Assembly (NCBI GenBank): GCA_900128395.1
Contig: LT649326.1
Span: 1 to 37,397 of the forward strand
DNA: 37,397 nt
Direction of reading: 5' to 3'
Source: Stramenopiles sp. TOSAG23-2
Taxonomy: Eukaryota
The position numbers were made by a program, and so were the translations under genes. Below are positions 1 through 9,769 of this stretch, in pieces. The notes beneath the pieces were generated by a model, which had not been told where the DNA came from, did not search any database, and worked only from the letters and a program-made list of their open reading frames with translations. Position 1 is the stretch's first letter. Every line of letters starts with the position of its first letter.

Positions 1-421
1 CTTTTAATTCTTTATTTTTCAAGTCGCTTTCAAAACATTCAATAAAATTATAATATTTATTTACAAACATTTCATTGTTCATTTCCCATATATCTTTTCG
101 TTTTAACATTTGTTCCAATTCATTTTTTACATTAATATTATTATCCTTATTATTTTTTACCATCAATGCTTTTAAGAAATTTGCACCAAGATATCTTGCC
201 AATTTTCCAGAGATACAATCAGATGCAGATGATGGAATCTTTTCAATATATCCAATTAATTTTCGCATTTTTTTAACAGTTATTTTATCTTGTACGCGAG
301 TCCATCTTCTAGCTAAACGAAAGGCTGTATTTGTTGCTTTATATTTTTCATTATTTTGGCTTTTAAGATAGTTATTATTAATGTTGTTGGAGGATTGATC
401 TAATTTGCGCTTTTTATTCAT
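1..421 (-). CDS. Hypothetical protein, N-terminal part (runs off the left window edge)
   Basis: Manual translation of the minus strand from ATG at 421 gives MNKKRKLDQSSNN...FESDLKNKELK with no stop to the window edge. It starts with an NLS-like KKRK. Confidence 0.7.
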   Translation of the reverse strand, partial: MNKKRKLDQSSNNINNNYLKSQNNEKYKATNTAFRLARRWTRVQDKITVKKMRKLIGYIEKIPSSASDCISGKLARYLGANFLKALMVKNNKDNNINVKNELEQMLKRKDIWEMNNEMFVNKYYNFIECFESDLKNKELK

Positions 422-819
422 TGAGAATTTTGATGCAAGAATAATTATTATTGAGAGAAATTGGGCTGGGTTGATAAAAATAAAGTTGATGACTTAAAAT
501 TGATAAAGAATTGATGTATGCTAAAAGTTCATAACACTTGATGAAATGTGCAAATTTAATTTTATTTTTGATGATGCTAGGATGATAAAAAAAGAAGTGT
601 AGTGCTGTACATGTTTATAATGTATGCCAGTATGTGTATTTATTATTATTTTCGTCTTATTATTTCGATTTGATGCGCAGCAGGCATATACCATTGAGTT
701 AAGGTATTATGATGCATAAAACTATATATATCATTTTTTCACACTTTTCAATAATCAGTGAACACCATCAGTAAAGCAATTTACTTTTCACCTGAACGCA
801 ATTTGCAAATTTTGCAATT

Positions 820-892
820 GCCGCTATAGCTCAGTTGGTAGAGCGTAAGTTTAGTAAGCTTAAGGTCTCGAGTTCAAATCTCGATGGTGGCT
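820..892 (+). tRNA. tRNA-Thr, anticodon AGT, intronless
   Basis: Full cloverleaf: acceptor GCCGCTA/TGGTGGC, D arm GCTC-AGTTGGTA-GAGC, anticodon arm TAAGT-TT[AGT]AA-GCTTA, T arm TCGAG-TTCAAAT-CTCGA, discriminator T. No encoded CCA. Confidence 0.97.
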
Positions 893-915
893 TCAACGGA
901 AATTCCTTCCGTTAA

Positions 916-924
916 TTTCTTTTT
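916..924 (+). terminator. RNA polymerase III oligo-T terminator of the tRNA
   Basis: TTTCTTTTT about 25 nt downstream of the tRNA 3' end. Confidence 0.6.
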
Positions 925-1290
925 GGTATTTTAATGAAAATTTAACAGGAAAATACCATGGATAAAAAAATTAAGTATTTTTTTTTTGGAAAATTGCTAC
1001 AAATTTTTTTATCCCGTAAATTGATATCCCTTAAATGCACATATAGGAAAGAAAGAATAATAAGTACAATTAAATTGTATACTATTATTACCAGTAGTTT
1101 TCTTGTGTGCCGTTATAATATATACCAGACGACTGGCAGAATGCCAGAGATGATAGATAAAAAAAGAATTAAAAAATAAAATTGTATATTTACAAATATA
1201 TATTCTACATGTCAAAGTGTAAAGAACCAAATACTAAAATGCACCTCGGCATGGAAACAAATAATATATACACACCTTCGATTCACAAAC

Positions 1291-4200
1291 ATGGCGGATG
1301 AGAAAAGAAAAACATCTAGCAGTGCTTCAGTACAAGTTGCAGTACGAATGCGATGTTTTATACATGCATATGAAATTGATAAAAAAACGGGTGTTCCACA
1401 CCCACATGTGAAAAAAATAGTACATATGGATCCACCATCAACGGTAATTACACATCCAGACACAGGGAAGGAGCATACGTTTACATACGATTATAGTTAT
1501 GATTCCTCTGATCCTAAATCAGATAACTATGCATCACAAGAAACGGTTTGGAATGATTTAGGTACAGTTGTATTGGATAACGCGTGGGATGGATATAACG
1601 TTACTTTATTTGCATATGGTCAAACTGGTTCTGGTAAAAGTTATTCAATGACTGGTGGGAATACACCAGATTCGGCAGGTATCATGCCACGTGCTACACG
1701 TGAAATTTTCCGTCGTATAAGCGAAAACAAAGATCCAGAGTTGACATATTCCGTTGAAGTCTCTATGTTGGAAGTTTATATGGAAAAAATACATGATTTA
1801 TTTGATCCAAAAAATGGTGGTAAAAATGGCTTGAAACTACGTGAAAATCCGAATATAGGTGTATACGTTCAAGGTTTAGAAGCAAGATTGGTTAAAAGTT
1901 ACGATGAGATAACAAATTGGATGGAAATAGGTATATCCAATCGTACAAAAGCGTCTACTCAAATGAATGCAGATAGTTCACGTGCACATACTTTATTAGA
2001 AGTTACGGTGAAACAAACACGTTGTAAAAAAGGTGAGAAAAAAGGTCAAGTGAAAAAAAGTAAAATTAATTTAGTGGATCTTGCCGGTAGCGAACGTTTA
2101 AATAAAACAGGTGCATCTGGGAAAACGATGAAAGAGGGACAAAAAATTAATTTATCCTTAACTACATTAGGACGTGTTATTACCCAATTAGCTATAAATT
2201 CAGATGAAACAAAAAAAGCTAGTCCAGTACCATATCGTGAAAGTAAATTAACATATTTATTGAAAAATTCTTTAGGTGGGAATAGTAAAACAATTATGAT
2301 AGCAGCGCTTGCGCCTAGTAATGTAAATTACGATGAAACACTTGGTACGTTGCGTTATGCATCACGTGCGAAAAAGATTAAAAATAAAGCTGTTGTTAAT
2401 GAAGATAGTACGACTAAATTGGTAAATAATTTAAAAGCTGAAATTGATGCATTAAAAGCACAATTAATGGGAGGTAATAATAATAATAATAATAATAATA
2501 ATGGTGGTGGTGGTGGTAAAAATGCTGATGAAGAGCGTAAAAAATGGGATGAAGAGAGAGAGGCATTGTTAGCGAAATTGAAGGAAAGTGAACAATTAGC
2601 ACAACGTGCTTCTATGACAGATGATGAGAGAGCAAAAGAAACTGCATTAGCTGCACAAGATCAAGGCATGGCGGAATTAGTTGCACAACGAGAAAAAGCA
2701 AAGAATACACCATGTTTATTGAATTTAAGTGAAGATCCGCAGATGGATGGTCGAATTATACATTTCTTAGAATATAAAAAAGATATATCATTTGGACGTA
2801 AAGATGCAAATCCACAACCAGATATTATTTTAGCCGGTTTAAATATTGCAAAGTTGCAATGCATTATACATTGTGGAAAAAATGCTAAAGCTGGGTTTAA
2901 AATTTCTAATCCTAATGGATCGAAAACGTATGTAAATGGTATACCAGTGAAAAAAGGTGCAAACGTCGATTTGAAGCCACATGATCGTATTATATTTGGT
3001 AGTAGTAATATATATCGAATACAAATACCTGGTTCATTGTTAAAAAGTAAATTAGGAAGACCGGAACATGTTACATGGACCCATGCCATTGAGGAATTGA
3101 ATCAAGGTCAAATGGCCGCATTTTCCGAGCAACATCGAGCAGAACGAGAAGAAGCAGAGCGAATGAGGAAAGAAATGGAAACGAAATTGAGGGAGATGGA
3201 ACAGATGATAAACCAAGAACGGCAAAAGGGTGGTACGTAATCAATAACCAACCGTGAACCAACTTGCACCGTGTTTGTGAAGCTACCAACCTGCACCGTC
3301 TACAACTAATCTTGCACCAGCTTCTTGACACTCACACAACCAACCTGCACCGTGTTTGTGAAGCAACCAACCTGCACCGTCTACCACTAATCTTGCCCAG
3401 CTATATATATATATACATACTACATCATAAATATATATTTTTTTTTTTTGCTCCACCAATATATATGCTTCCAACCTCCCCGTATCACTCCACCAACCTC
3501 AGGCAGGTCGTATCGCTACCAACCTCAGGCAGGACTAACACATTATAATCCATCTATCTATATTTTATACAGGTACTCGAGCCGCTGAATTAGAGGCACA
3601 ATTGGAGGAGCAACGCGAAAGGGCAGAACGATTGCAGCGTAGAAAAGCAAAGGAAGCACAGCAAGGTACTCGAGCCGCTGAATTAGAGGCACAATTGGAG
3701 GAGCAACGCGAAAGGGCAGAACGATTGCAGCGTAGAAAAGCAAAGGAAGCACAGCAACGATCGTTGATGGATCAACAATTGTTAAAAGCAATTGGTATGG
3801 TAGAAGAAGCAAATTCAATAGCACTTGAATTGGACCAAGGCATGTGCTTTAGTATTAAATTACGCGTGAACCAATCGCAAGCTGTTAGGGAAGCTACGGA
3901 GGATGATTTCGTAGCTGAAAAAGAAGTACATATTAAAGTAGATTATGATAAAGTAAATGTGCCATCTGCCATGTGGGAATATGAATCAAAATTTGTCAAT
4001 CGTCTATATTCAATGCGCGAATTGTATCAAGATTATGTCGATGTTGGTCGTAACTTATCAATGATTATGGACAATCTTCCAGTAGAAGACAACCCATTTA
4101 TTGATGATGCGACAGATCAATCCATTGGCAAAGCATTGATATATTTAGAACCATTAATGTACTTAATGGATGTTGAGGAACGCACATCGATTTATGATTT

Positions 4201-4846
4201 TAAAGGAAAATCAATGGGTGATTTAAGTGTAGAAATACGAGTATATGCAAATGAGCAATGTACAAAACGATTTGGAGAAATTGAAATGAGCGATGGTGTT
4301 GAAGATGAATTAACCATGTTGGCAGGTAATACTATTTACATCGCGGTGTTTGTTGATAAAGCACAAGGTTTACCACCTGAATTAAGTCGTGATGTATATG
4401 TTAAATTTTCATTTTGGCCTGCAGAAGGAAATGCATATGAAATACCACGATGTAAGACAAAAACTATTAATCCTGTTTTTAACCATACAAAAGTATTTGC
4501 CATTCGTGTTACAGATGATTTTATTAAACATGTACAACAAACTGCATTAGAATTTGATGTGATGGGAAGTGGTGGTGATGATAATCATAATAATATCAAT
4601 ATGACACGAAATGGTATTGGTGGCAGTATGTCAGGTAATAATACCATGGCTGGTAATAAATATAATGAGGATGATAAGAAACGTATTGCAGAATTGGAAG
4701 CACAAGTTGCGGAAATGAAACGTCAAGAAGAAGAGATGAAAAAAATGCAAAATAAATTAATGTCTCACCCAGAAGCAAAAAAACATGTACAAGCAGCACT
4801 GGAAGTTGCTGGAGTTGATAATTCAAAAGTATGTGTTGTTATGTAA
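1291..4846 (+). CDS. Kinesin-3 family motor protein (motor, FHA, coiled coil, C2-like domain, C-terminal CaaX); join(1291..3232,3573..4846), about 1071 aa
   Basis: P-loop GQTGSGKS, switch motifs SSRAH and DLAGSE, then VPYRESKLT. LLNLSEDPQM followed by an FHA domain (FGRKD...NGSKTYVNG) is typical of kinesin-3. The second ORF has a KIF1B/KIF28-like stretch (FVNRLYSMRELYQ) and a C2-like region, and ends in CVVM. The two ORFs join in frame across a GT-AG intron. Confidence 0.92.
3233..3572 (+). other. Spliceosomal intron, 340 nt, phase 1
   Basis: Donor G|GTACGT, branch point GACTAAC at about 3533-3539, acceptor TTTTATACAG|G. Removal skips the TAA at 3238 and joins G+GT (Gly) into the frame of the 3602 ORF. 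Confidence 0.88.
3257..3402. repeat. Intronic direct repeat: two imperfect ~65-nt copies at 81-nt spacing, built from ACCAACCTGCACCGT sub-units
   Basis: AACCAACYTGCACCGTGTTTGTGAAGCWACCAACCTGCACCGTCTACMACTAATCTTGC at 3257 and 3338. ACCAACCTCAGGCAGG also occurs twice, near 3492 and 3518. Confidence 0.9.
3571..3757. repeat. Perfect 93-bp tandem duplication (31 aa) at the start of kinesin exon 2
   Basis: AGGTACTCGAGCC...GCACAGCA is identical at 3571 and 3664. Confidence 0.95.
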
Positions 4847-5059
4847 TATATATGTGTACGAAACTTCGTATAATATTGTACAAGATCCTCTTGTTTGGCA
4901 ATGCTTTGAAAAAATGGGGTGGTATGATATGTGTGTATGATAATATTTAAATTTAACGCACATCATTAATTTATACTTTTTTTAAGTAAATTTACGAAGC
5001 TCACAGCAGCAAATTCCTACTTCCATGGGGATATATATCCTCTTTTCGTATTTTTTTTT

Positions 5060-5692
5060 TTACAATCCTGTTGTCTTTACAACTTTAGTTGCTATTAATC
5101 CAAGCATCCATTTAGGCGCAGGTAGACCAATTTGTACCATATTTTTAAATGCTTCCAATGACATACCTGAAAATATACCATTATTATCATCACCAGTTTT
5201 CACAATTAATGCATAGAAATCATTATTGTTTTTTCCAGAAACAGGTTGAAAACGCCATCCTATATGTGTATTCTTTCCGTTACAATCACTGCAAATTAAA
5301 ATTGACCAACGATAATTAACAAACCAACTATCCAAACCTTGTTTATCGTCAACTTCGATATCAATAACTTCATTTAAATTTGGTAGACTGGATTGCAATA
5401 CTATCTTAAATGGCAATTGCAAAGAACTAATACGTTCTGGCTGTTTAAATTGATAAATTGGTACGGTAAATTCAGCAATTTTCACTTTTTCCATTGATAA
5501 GAATGTATCTGGTTGCAATTGTGTTGGCGATACAATAGTATTTTTTGCTTGAAGAGCTTGTGCTGTACATAAACATTGACCATTATTCGAAGACATATGT
5601 GGATTTGGTATTGGTTTCACTGTACTAGCAGCGAATGTATTTGTGAAACATATTGTCGCAATGATATATAATATTATTGTTAAACGATTCAT
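5060..5692 (-). CDS. Signal-peptide-bearing CULT (cereblon thalidomide-binding/Yippee-fold) domain protein
   Basis: SWFVNYRWSILICSDC...HIGWRF matches the cereblon motif SWFPGYAW...CxxC..HIGWKF with three cage tryptophans. The N-terminus is hydrophobic and signal-like (MNRLTIILYIIATICFTNTFA). Confidence 0.8.
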   Translation of the reverse strand: MNRLTIILYIIATICFTNTFAASTVKPIPNPHMSSNNGQCLCTAQALQAKNTIVSPTQLQPDTFLSMEKVKIAEFTVPIYQFKQPERISSLQLPFKIVLQSSLPNLNEVIDIEVDDKQGLDSWFVNYRWSILICSDCNGKNTHIGWRFQPVSGKNNNDFYALIVKTGDDNNGIFSGMSLEAFKNMVQIGLPAPKWMLGLIATKVVKTTGL

Positions 5693-6439
5693 TTTGTTTG
5701 TTTAATGGTTCTTTGTTTTTATATGTATAATATATATATTATTGTTTCTTCTACTATATCGATATATAGACAGTAAGACTTCCATTTATTAATATTATTA
5801 TATTTGTAAATACATTTTAATCCACTTATTATTTAGACTTATGCAACAACAAAAACAACAATTATTTATTATTTTTTCTGATTCGTGCATTCTTCCGCAA
5901 CAAACGTGCAAACGTGCAAACCCCAGCAAAATTCAGCATCACCACATCACCACCTCTTTTTTCTTCTTTCTTCTTCTCGAGATCCAGAGATCCCACGGCA
6001 CAGAGGATCTTCCTATACTGTATTGTACATTTCATACAATAACGATGAAATATACTGAAATCTTAGTCATTTCCCCCCTATATCAATACCTCATCTCCTT
6101 CTATGTACATTAACATGGAGATACTATTGTTTTGCATTCTATCCCCATGTTAATGGAACCTTTAGCCAGTCAATTTGAATTCATTATTTTTTGAAAAGTT
6201 TTATCAAGTTTTATCCCTATATATATAGTGCCCTCTACCACCAGGTTAATACTATTTAGTATTACAAACATATAGATTATTTAGAGTTTAAATATTTTAA
6301 AAATATAATATAGAACAACACAAACATATCTATCTATCTATATCTATATATATATTATTCAAATTATTTGAAGAAGCATTATATATATATATATATATAA
6401 TAAGAAGAACATATAAATAATAATAAATACAAATACATA

Positions 6440-8065
6440 ATGAGTGGACAATATTTAGGTATCGATGGAACACGGGAATCTGGACAAGATGTTAGAGAAG
6501 CAAATGTTACTGCAGCTGGTGCCATTGCTAACGTTGTAAAATCTTCTCTTGGACCAGTTGGTTTAGATAAGATGTTAGTAGACCAAATTGGTGACGTAAC
6601 CATTACCAATGATGGTGCCACGATTTTGAAGCAATTGGAAGTTGAACATCCTGCGGCGAAAGTTTTAGTAGAGTTATCTCAATTACAAGACCAAGAAGTT
6701 GGTGATGGTACAACAAGTGTTGTTATCATTGCTGCGGAGTTATTACGTCGTGCAAACCAACTTGTTAAAAATAAAATTCACCCTACTAGTATTATTGCTG
6801 GGTATCGTCTTGCAATGAAAGAAGGTGTGAAATATATCAAAAAGAACATGACTGTAGCAGCGGATACGTTAGGCCGCCAAAATTTATTAAATGCTGCAAA
6901 GACATCCATGTCCAGTAAAATTATTGGTAACGAAGAAAATTTCTTTGCTGAAATGGTTGTGAACGCTGTAACTTCAGTTAAATATACGAAAAGCAATGGA
7001 AAAATTGTATATCCCGTACGTTCTATTAACATTTTGAAAGCACATGGTCGTAGTGCTTTGGAGTCGAAATTAGTAGATGGTTATGCATTGAACGGTACAC
7101 GCAGTGCACAAGGTATGCCACGTCGTGTTGAAAATGCTAAAATTGCATTTTTGGATTTCAACATTACGAAACATCGTATGCAAATGGGAGTGGAAATTTT
7201 ATTGAATAATCCAGGTGAAGCAGAAAAAATTATGCAACGTGAGAAAGATATTACGAAAGAAAGAATTCAAAAATTATTAGCTGCAGGTGCCAATGTTTTT
7301 TTGACTACCAAAGGATGCGATGATATGGCACTTAAATATTTCGTAGAGGCAAAAGCAATTGCCATTCGCCGTGTGAACATCCAAGACATGAAACGTTTAG
7401 CAAAAGCTACAGGTGGTAAAATCTTGAAATCATTATCAGATATGGAAGGTGAGGAAACCATTGATCCTGCATGTTTAGGTACTGCACGTGAAGTGGTGGA
7501 GGAGAAAGTTGGTGATGGTGAATTGACATATATTAAAGGTTGCGTATCTAAACGCGCAGCTACCATTGTTCTTCGCGGTGCAAATGAATTTATGTTGGAC
7601 GAGATGGATCGTTCATTGCATGATGCATTGATGATTGTCAAACGTATGTTGGAAAGCAACACATTGACTGTTGGTGGTGGTGCAGTAGAAGCGGCATTGT
7701 CCATTTACCTTGAAAATTTTGCAACAAGTTTAGGTTCAAGGGAACAATTGGCAATTTCCGAATTTGCTGAAGCATTACTAGTTATCCCACGTACATTGGC
7801 AGTTAACGCTGCACAAGATGCGACGGAATTAGTGGCTAAATTACGCGCATACCATCATAAATCACAAACAAAAGAAGATTGTGGCGATTTGAAATGGATG
7901 GGTTTGGATTTGATCAATGGTGTTGTACGTGATAATATGAAAGCAGGTGTAGTTGAACCAGCTATTAGCAAAGTTAAAAGTATACGTTTTGCAACTGAAG
8001 CTGCGATTACAATTTTAAGAATTGATGATATGATCAAATTGAATCCACCACAACAACAACAATAA
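6440..8065 (+). CDS. TCP1: T-complex protein 1 subunit alpha (CCT1)
   Basis: KSSLGPVGLDKMLVD, ITNDGATIL, GDGTTSVV, INILKAHG and FATEAAITILRIDD are CCT-alpha signatures; 541 aa. Confidence 0.98.
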   Translation: MSGQYLGIDGTRESGQDVREANVTAAGAIANVVKSSLGPVGLDKMLVDQIGDVTITNDGATILKQLEVEHPAAKVLVELSQLQDQEVGDGTTSVVIIAAELLRRANQLVKNKIHPTSIIAGYRLAMKEGVKYIKKNMTVAADTLGRQNLLNAAKTSMSSKIIGNEENFFAEMVVNAVTSVKYTKSNGKIVYPVRSINILKAHGRSALESKLVDGYALNGTRSAQGMPRRVENAKIAFLDFNITKHRMQMGVEILLNNPGEAEKIMQREKDITKERIQKLLAAGANVFLTTKGCDDMALKYFVEAKAIAIRRVNIQDMKRLAKATGGKILKSLSDMEGEETIDPACLGTAREVVEEKVGDGELTYIKGCVSKRAATIVLRGANEFMLDEMDRSLHDALMIVKRMLESNTLTVGGGAVEAALSIYLENFATSLGSREQLAISEFAEALLVIPRTLAVNAAQDATELVAKLRAYHHKSQTKEDCGDLKWMGLDLINGVVRDNMKAGVVEPAISKVKSIRFATEAAITILRIDDMIKLNPPQQQQ

Positions 8066-8438
8066 AGGAAAAGTTGGATGGAGATGTGATGTGATTTCGT
8101 AATGTTTTACGTACATTAATATTTTAAATGTGATCTGTGTACATGAAAATTTTCAACACATTCAATTTTAAAAATAATACACACACGTGTATTTTTATAT
8201 ATAAAATATATATATATATGTTCGTAGTAATGGACAAGAGAGTATATTTAAAAAGACGGTTCGCAAGTTCCTCGAATTTTTTTAAATAACGTGCTAAAAA
8301 TTATTTTTATAAAAAAATATATACGAGAGAAGAGGGGTATAAAAAATATACACACGTCGTACGAAGCGTAAAATATTAAAAATATCTTTTTTATAATATT
8401 ATATTATATTATAATATACATATACTCTTCCTCAACAC

Positions 8439-8825
8439 TACCAAAAAGCATCAAATTTTTAAATATCTACAATTACATAAATTTCAGATGGTGCACCTGC
8501 TCTTTCTTGTATTTTTGCTTTGACTTTTCCATTCATTTCCTCCTCCTCATTCGTCTTCTTATTATTATCAGATGATGTATTCAATAGTACATGATTTGAA
8601 TAAATTTGCATATGGCTATATGTAATCGCTTTACCAAAAAGCATCAAATTTTTAAATATCTACAATTACATAAATTTCAGATGGTGCACCTGCTCTTTCT
8701 TGTATTTTTGCTTTGACTTTTCCATTCATTTCCTCCTCCTCATTCGTCTTCTTATTATTATCAGATGATGTATTCAATAGTACATGATTTGAATAAATTT
8801 GCATATGGCTATATGTAATCGCTTT
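8439..8825. repeat. Perfect 193-bp tandem duplication of the archease 3' end and stop region
   Basis: TACCAAAAAGCATCAAATTTTTAAATATC...GTAATCGCTTT occurs at 8439 and 8632. This explains the spurious 62-aa ORF 8459..8647. Confidence 0.95.
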
Positions 8826-9377
8826 CACTTCCGTGCCAACTGGTGCGTGTTTTTTTACATCAAACAATTCTCCATAACCAATTGCTTCTATATTAAATGA
8901 TTTTATATCCAATTTTGTAATGCATATATGATTGCATACAATACCTTCTCCAGAAAATAGATACAAAAATTCATTTAGATAGTTATAAAGTAAGGATAAA
9001 ATATCATGTCCCGAAGCTGTTATTTTGTATTCATTTGTTAATTCTACATTATCTAAAGTTGTTTCATATGCAAACATAGCTATGGCAACTTGCTCAAAGG
9101 ATTCTATTAAATGTTCGCCCCAAGCATGCAGTTGTACATCTGCTGGATGATCATTTGTATATTCAAACTTTGGGGAGAAGTAGGATGAGCCACCTTGTAT
9201 ATTTGTAATTAAATTATTATTATTATTATTATTATCATCTTGCTCTTCTGTTTTCAATTTTTTATCATTATTACTATCATCATTACCTTTGGTATCATTT
9301 TCTATTTGTTCTCCTTCTCTTCTTCTTCGCCTTCTTCGTGTATTATGGCGTTGTGGCAATGGGAAATTGTTCGACAT
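8652..9377 (-). CDS. Archease (activator of the RtcB tRNA ligase)
   Basis: DHPADVQLHAWG, GHD..SLLYNYLNEFLYLF and GTEVKAITYSHMQI motifs; C-terminal YVIVDI. Confidence 0.93.
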   Translation of the reverse strand: MSNNFPLPQRHNTRRRRRRREGEQIENDTKGNDDSNNDKKLKTEEQDDNNNNNNNLITNIQGGSSYFSPKFEYTNDHPADVQLHAWGEHLIESFEQVAIAMFAYETTLDNVELTNEYKITASGHDILSLLYNYLNEFLYLFSGEGIVCNHICITKLDIKSFNIEAIGYGELFDVKKHAPVGTEVKAITYSHMQIYSNHVLLNTSSDNNKKTNEEEEMNGKVKAKIQERAGAPSEIYVIVDI

Positions 9378-9537
9378 TATCTTTTACACTTTTTTATTTA
9401 CAATTTGTTTATTTGTTGTTTTATTTTTTGTTTTTCTGGTATCATGGCGTTGTGGCAATGGGAAATTGTTCGACATGTTCTTTTACACTTTTTTATTTAC
9501 AATTTGTTTATTTGTTGTTTTATTTTTTGTTTTTCTG
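9340..9537. repeat. Imperfect 99-bp tandem duplication spanning the archease start codon and 5' leader
   Basis: Copies at 9340 and 9439 differ at about 3 positions (GTATTATGG vs GTATCATGG; CATTATC vs CATGTTC). Confidence 0.92.
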
Positions 9538-9769
9538 TTTTCTAGGTTTTCTATAAATTGTTTTTGGATAAATATTTATTTTTTGATGACCTCCGATTCC
9601 ATTATAATATTATTGCCGCACATTTTATTAGATAATATGGCCATATATTTTGTTTTTGATAATACGGGTAGTGTATATAAAATATGTGATGCTATGTTCA
9701 TGCTAATTTGTATAAATAATTAGCTATAATATAAAATAAAAATTAATATACAACACGAATATAATAATT

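Noticed and set aside
3264-3548. 94-aa ORF with repeated NLHRVCEATNLHRL
   Set aside because: It lies inside the kinesin intron and simply translates the intronic repeat.
8459-8647. 62-aa ORF identical to the archease C-terminus
   Set aside because: It is a by-product of the 193-bp duplication, not a separate gene.
820-9377. tRNA gene near archease as a functional cluster
   Set aside because: The tRNA is intronless and lies about 8 kb away with unrelated genes between, so there is no support for linkage.
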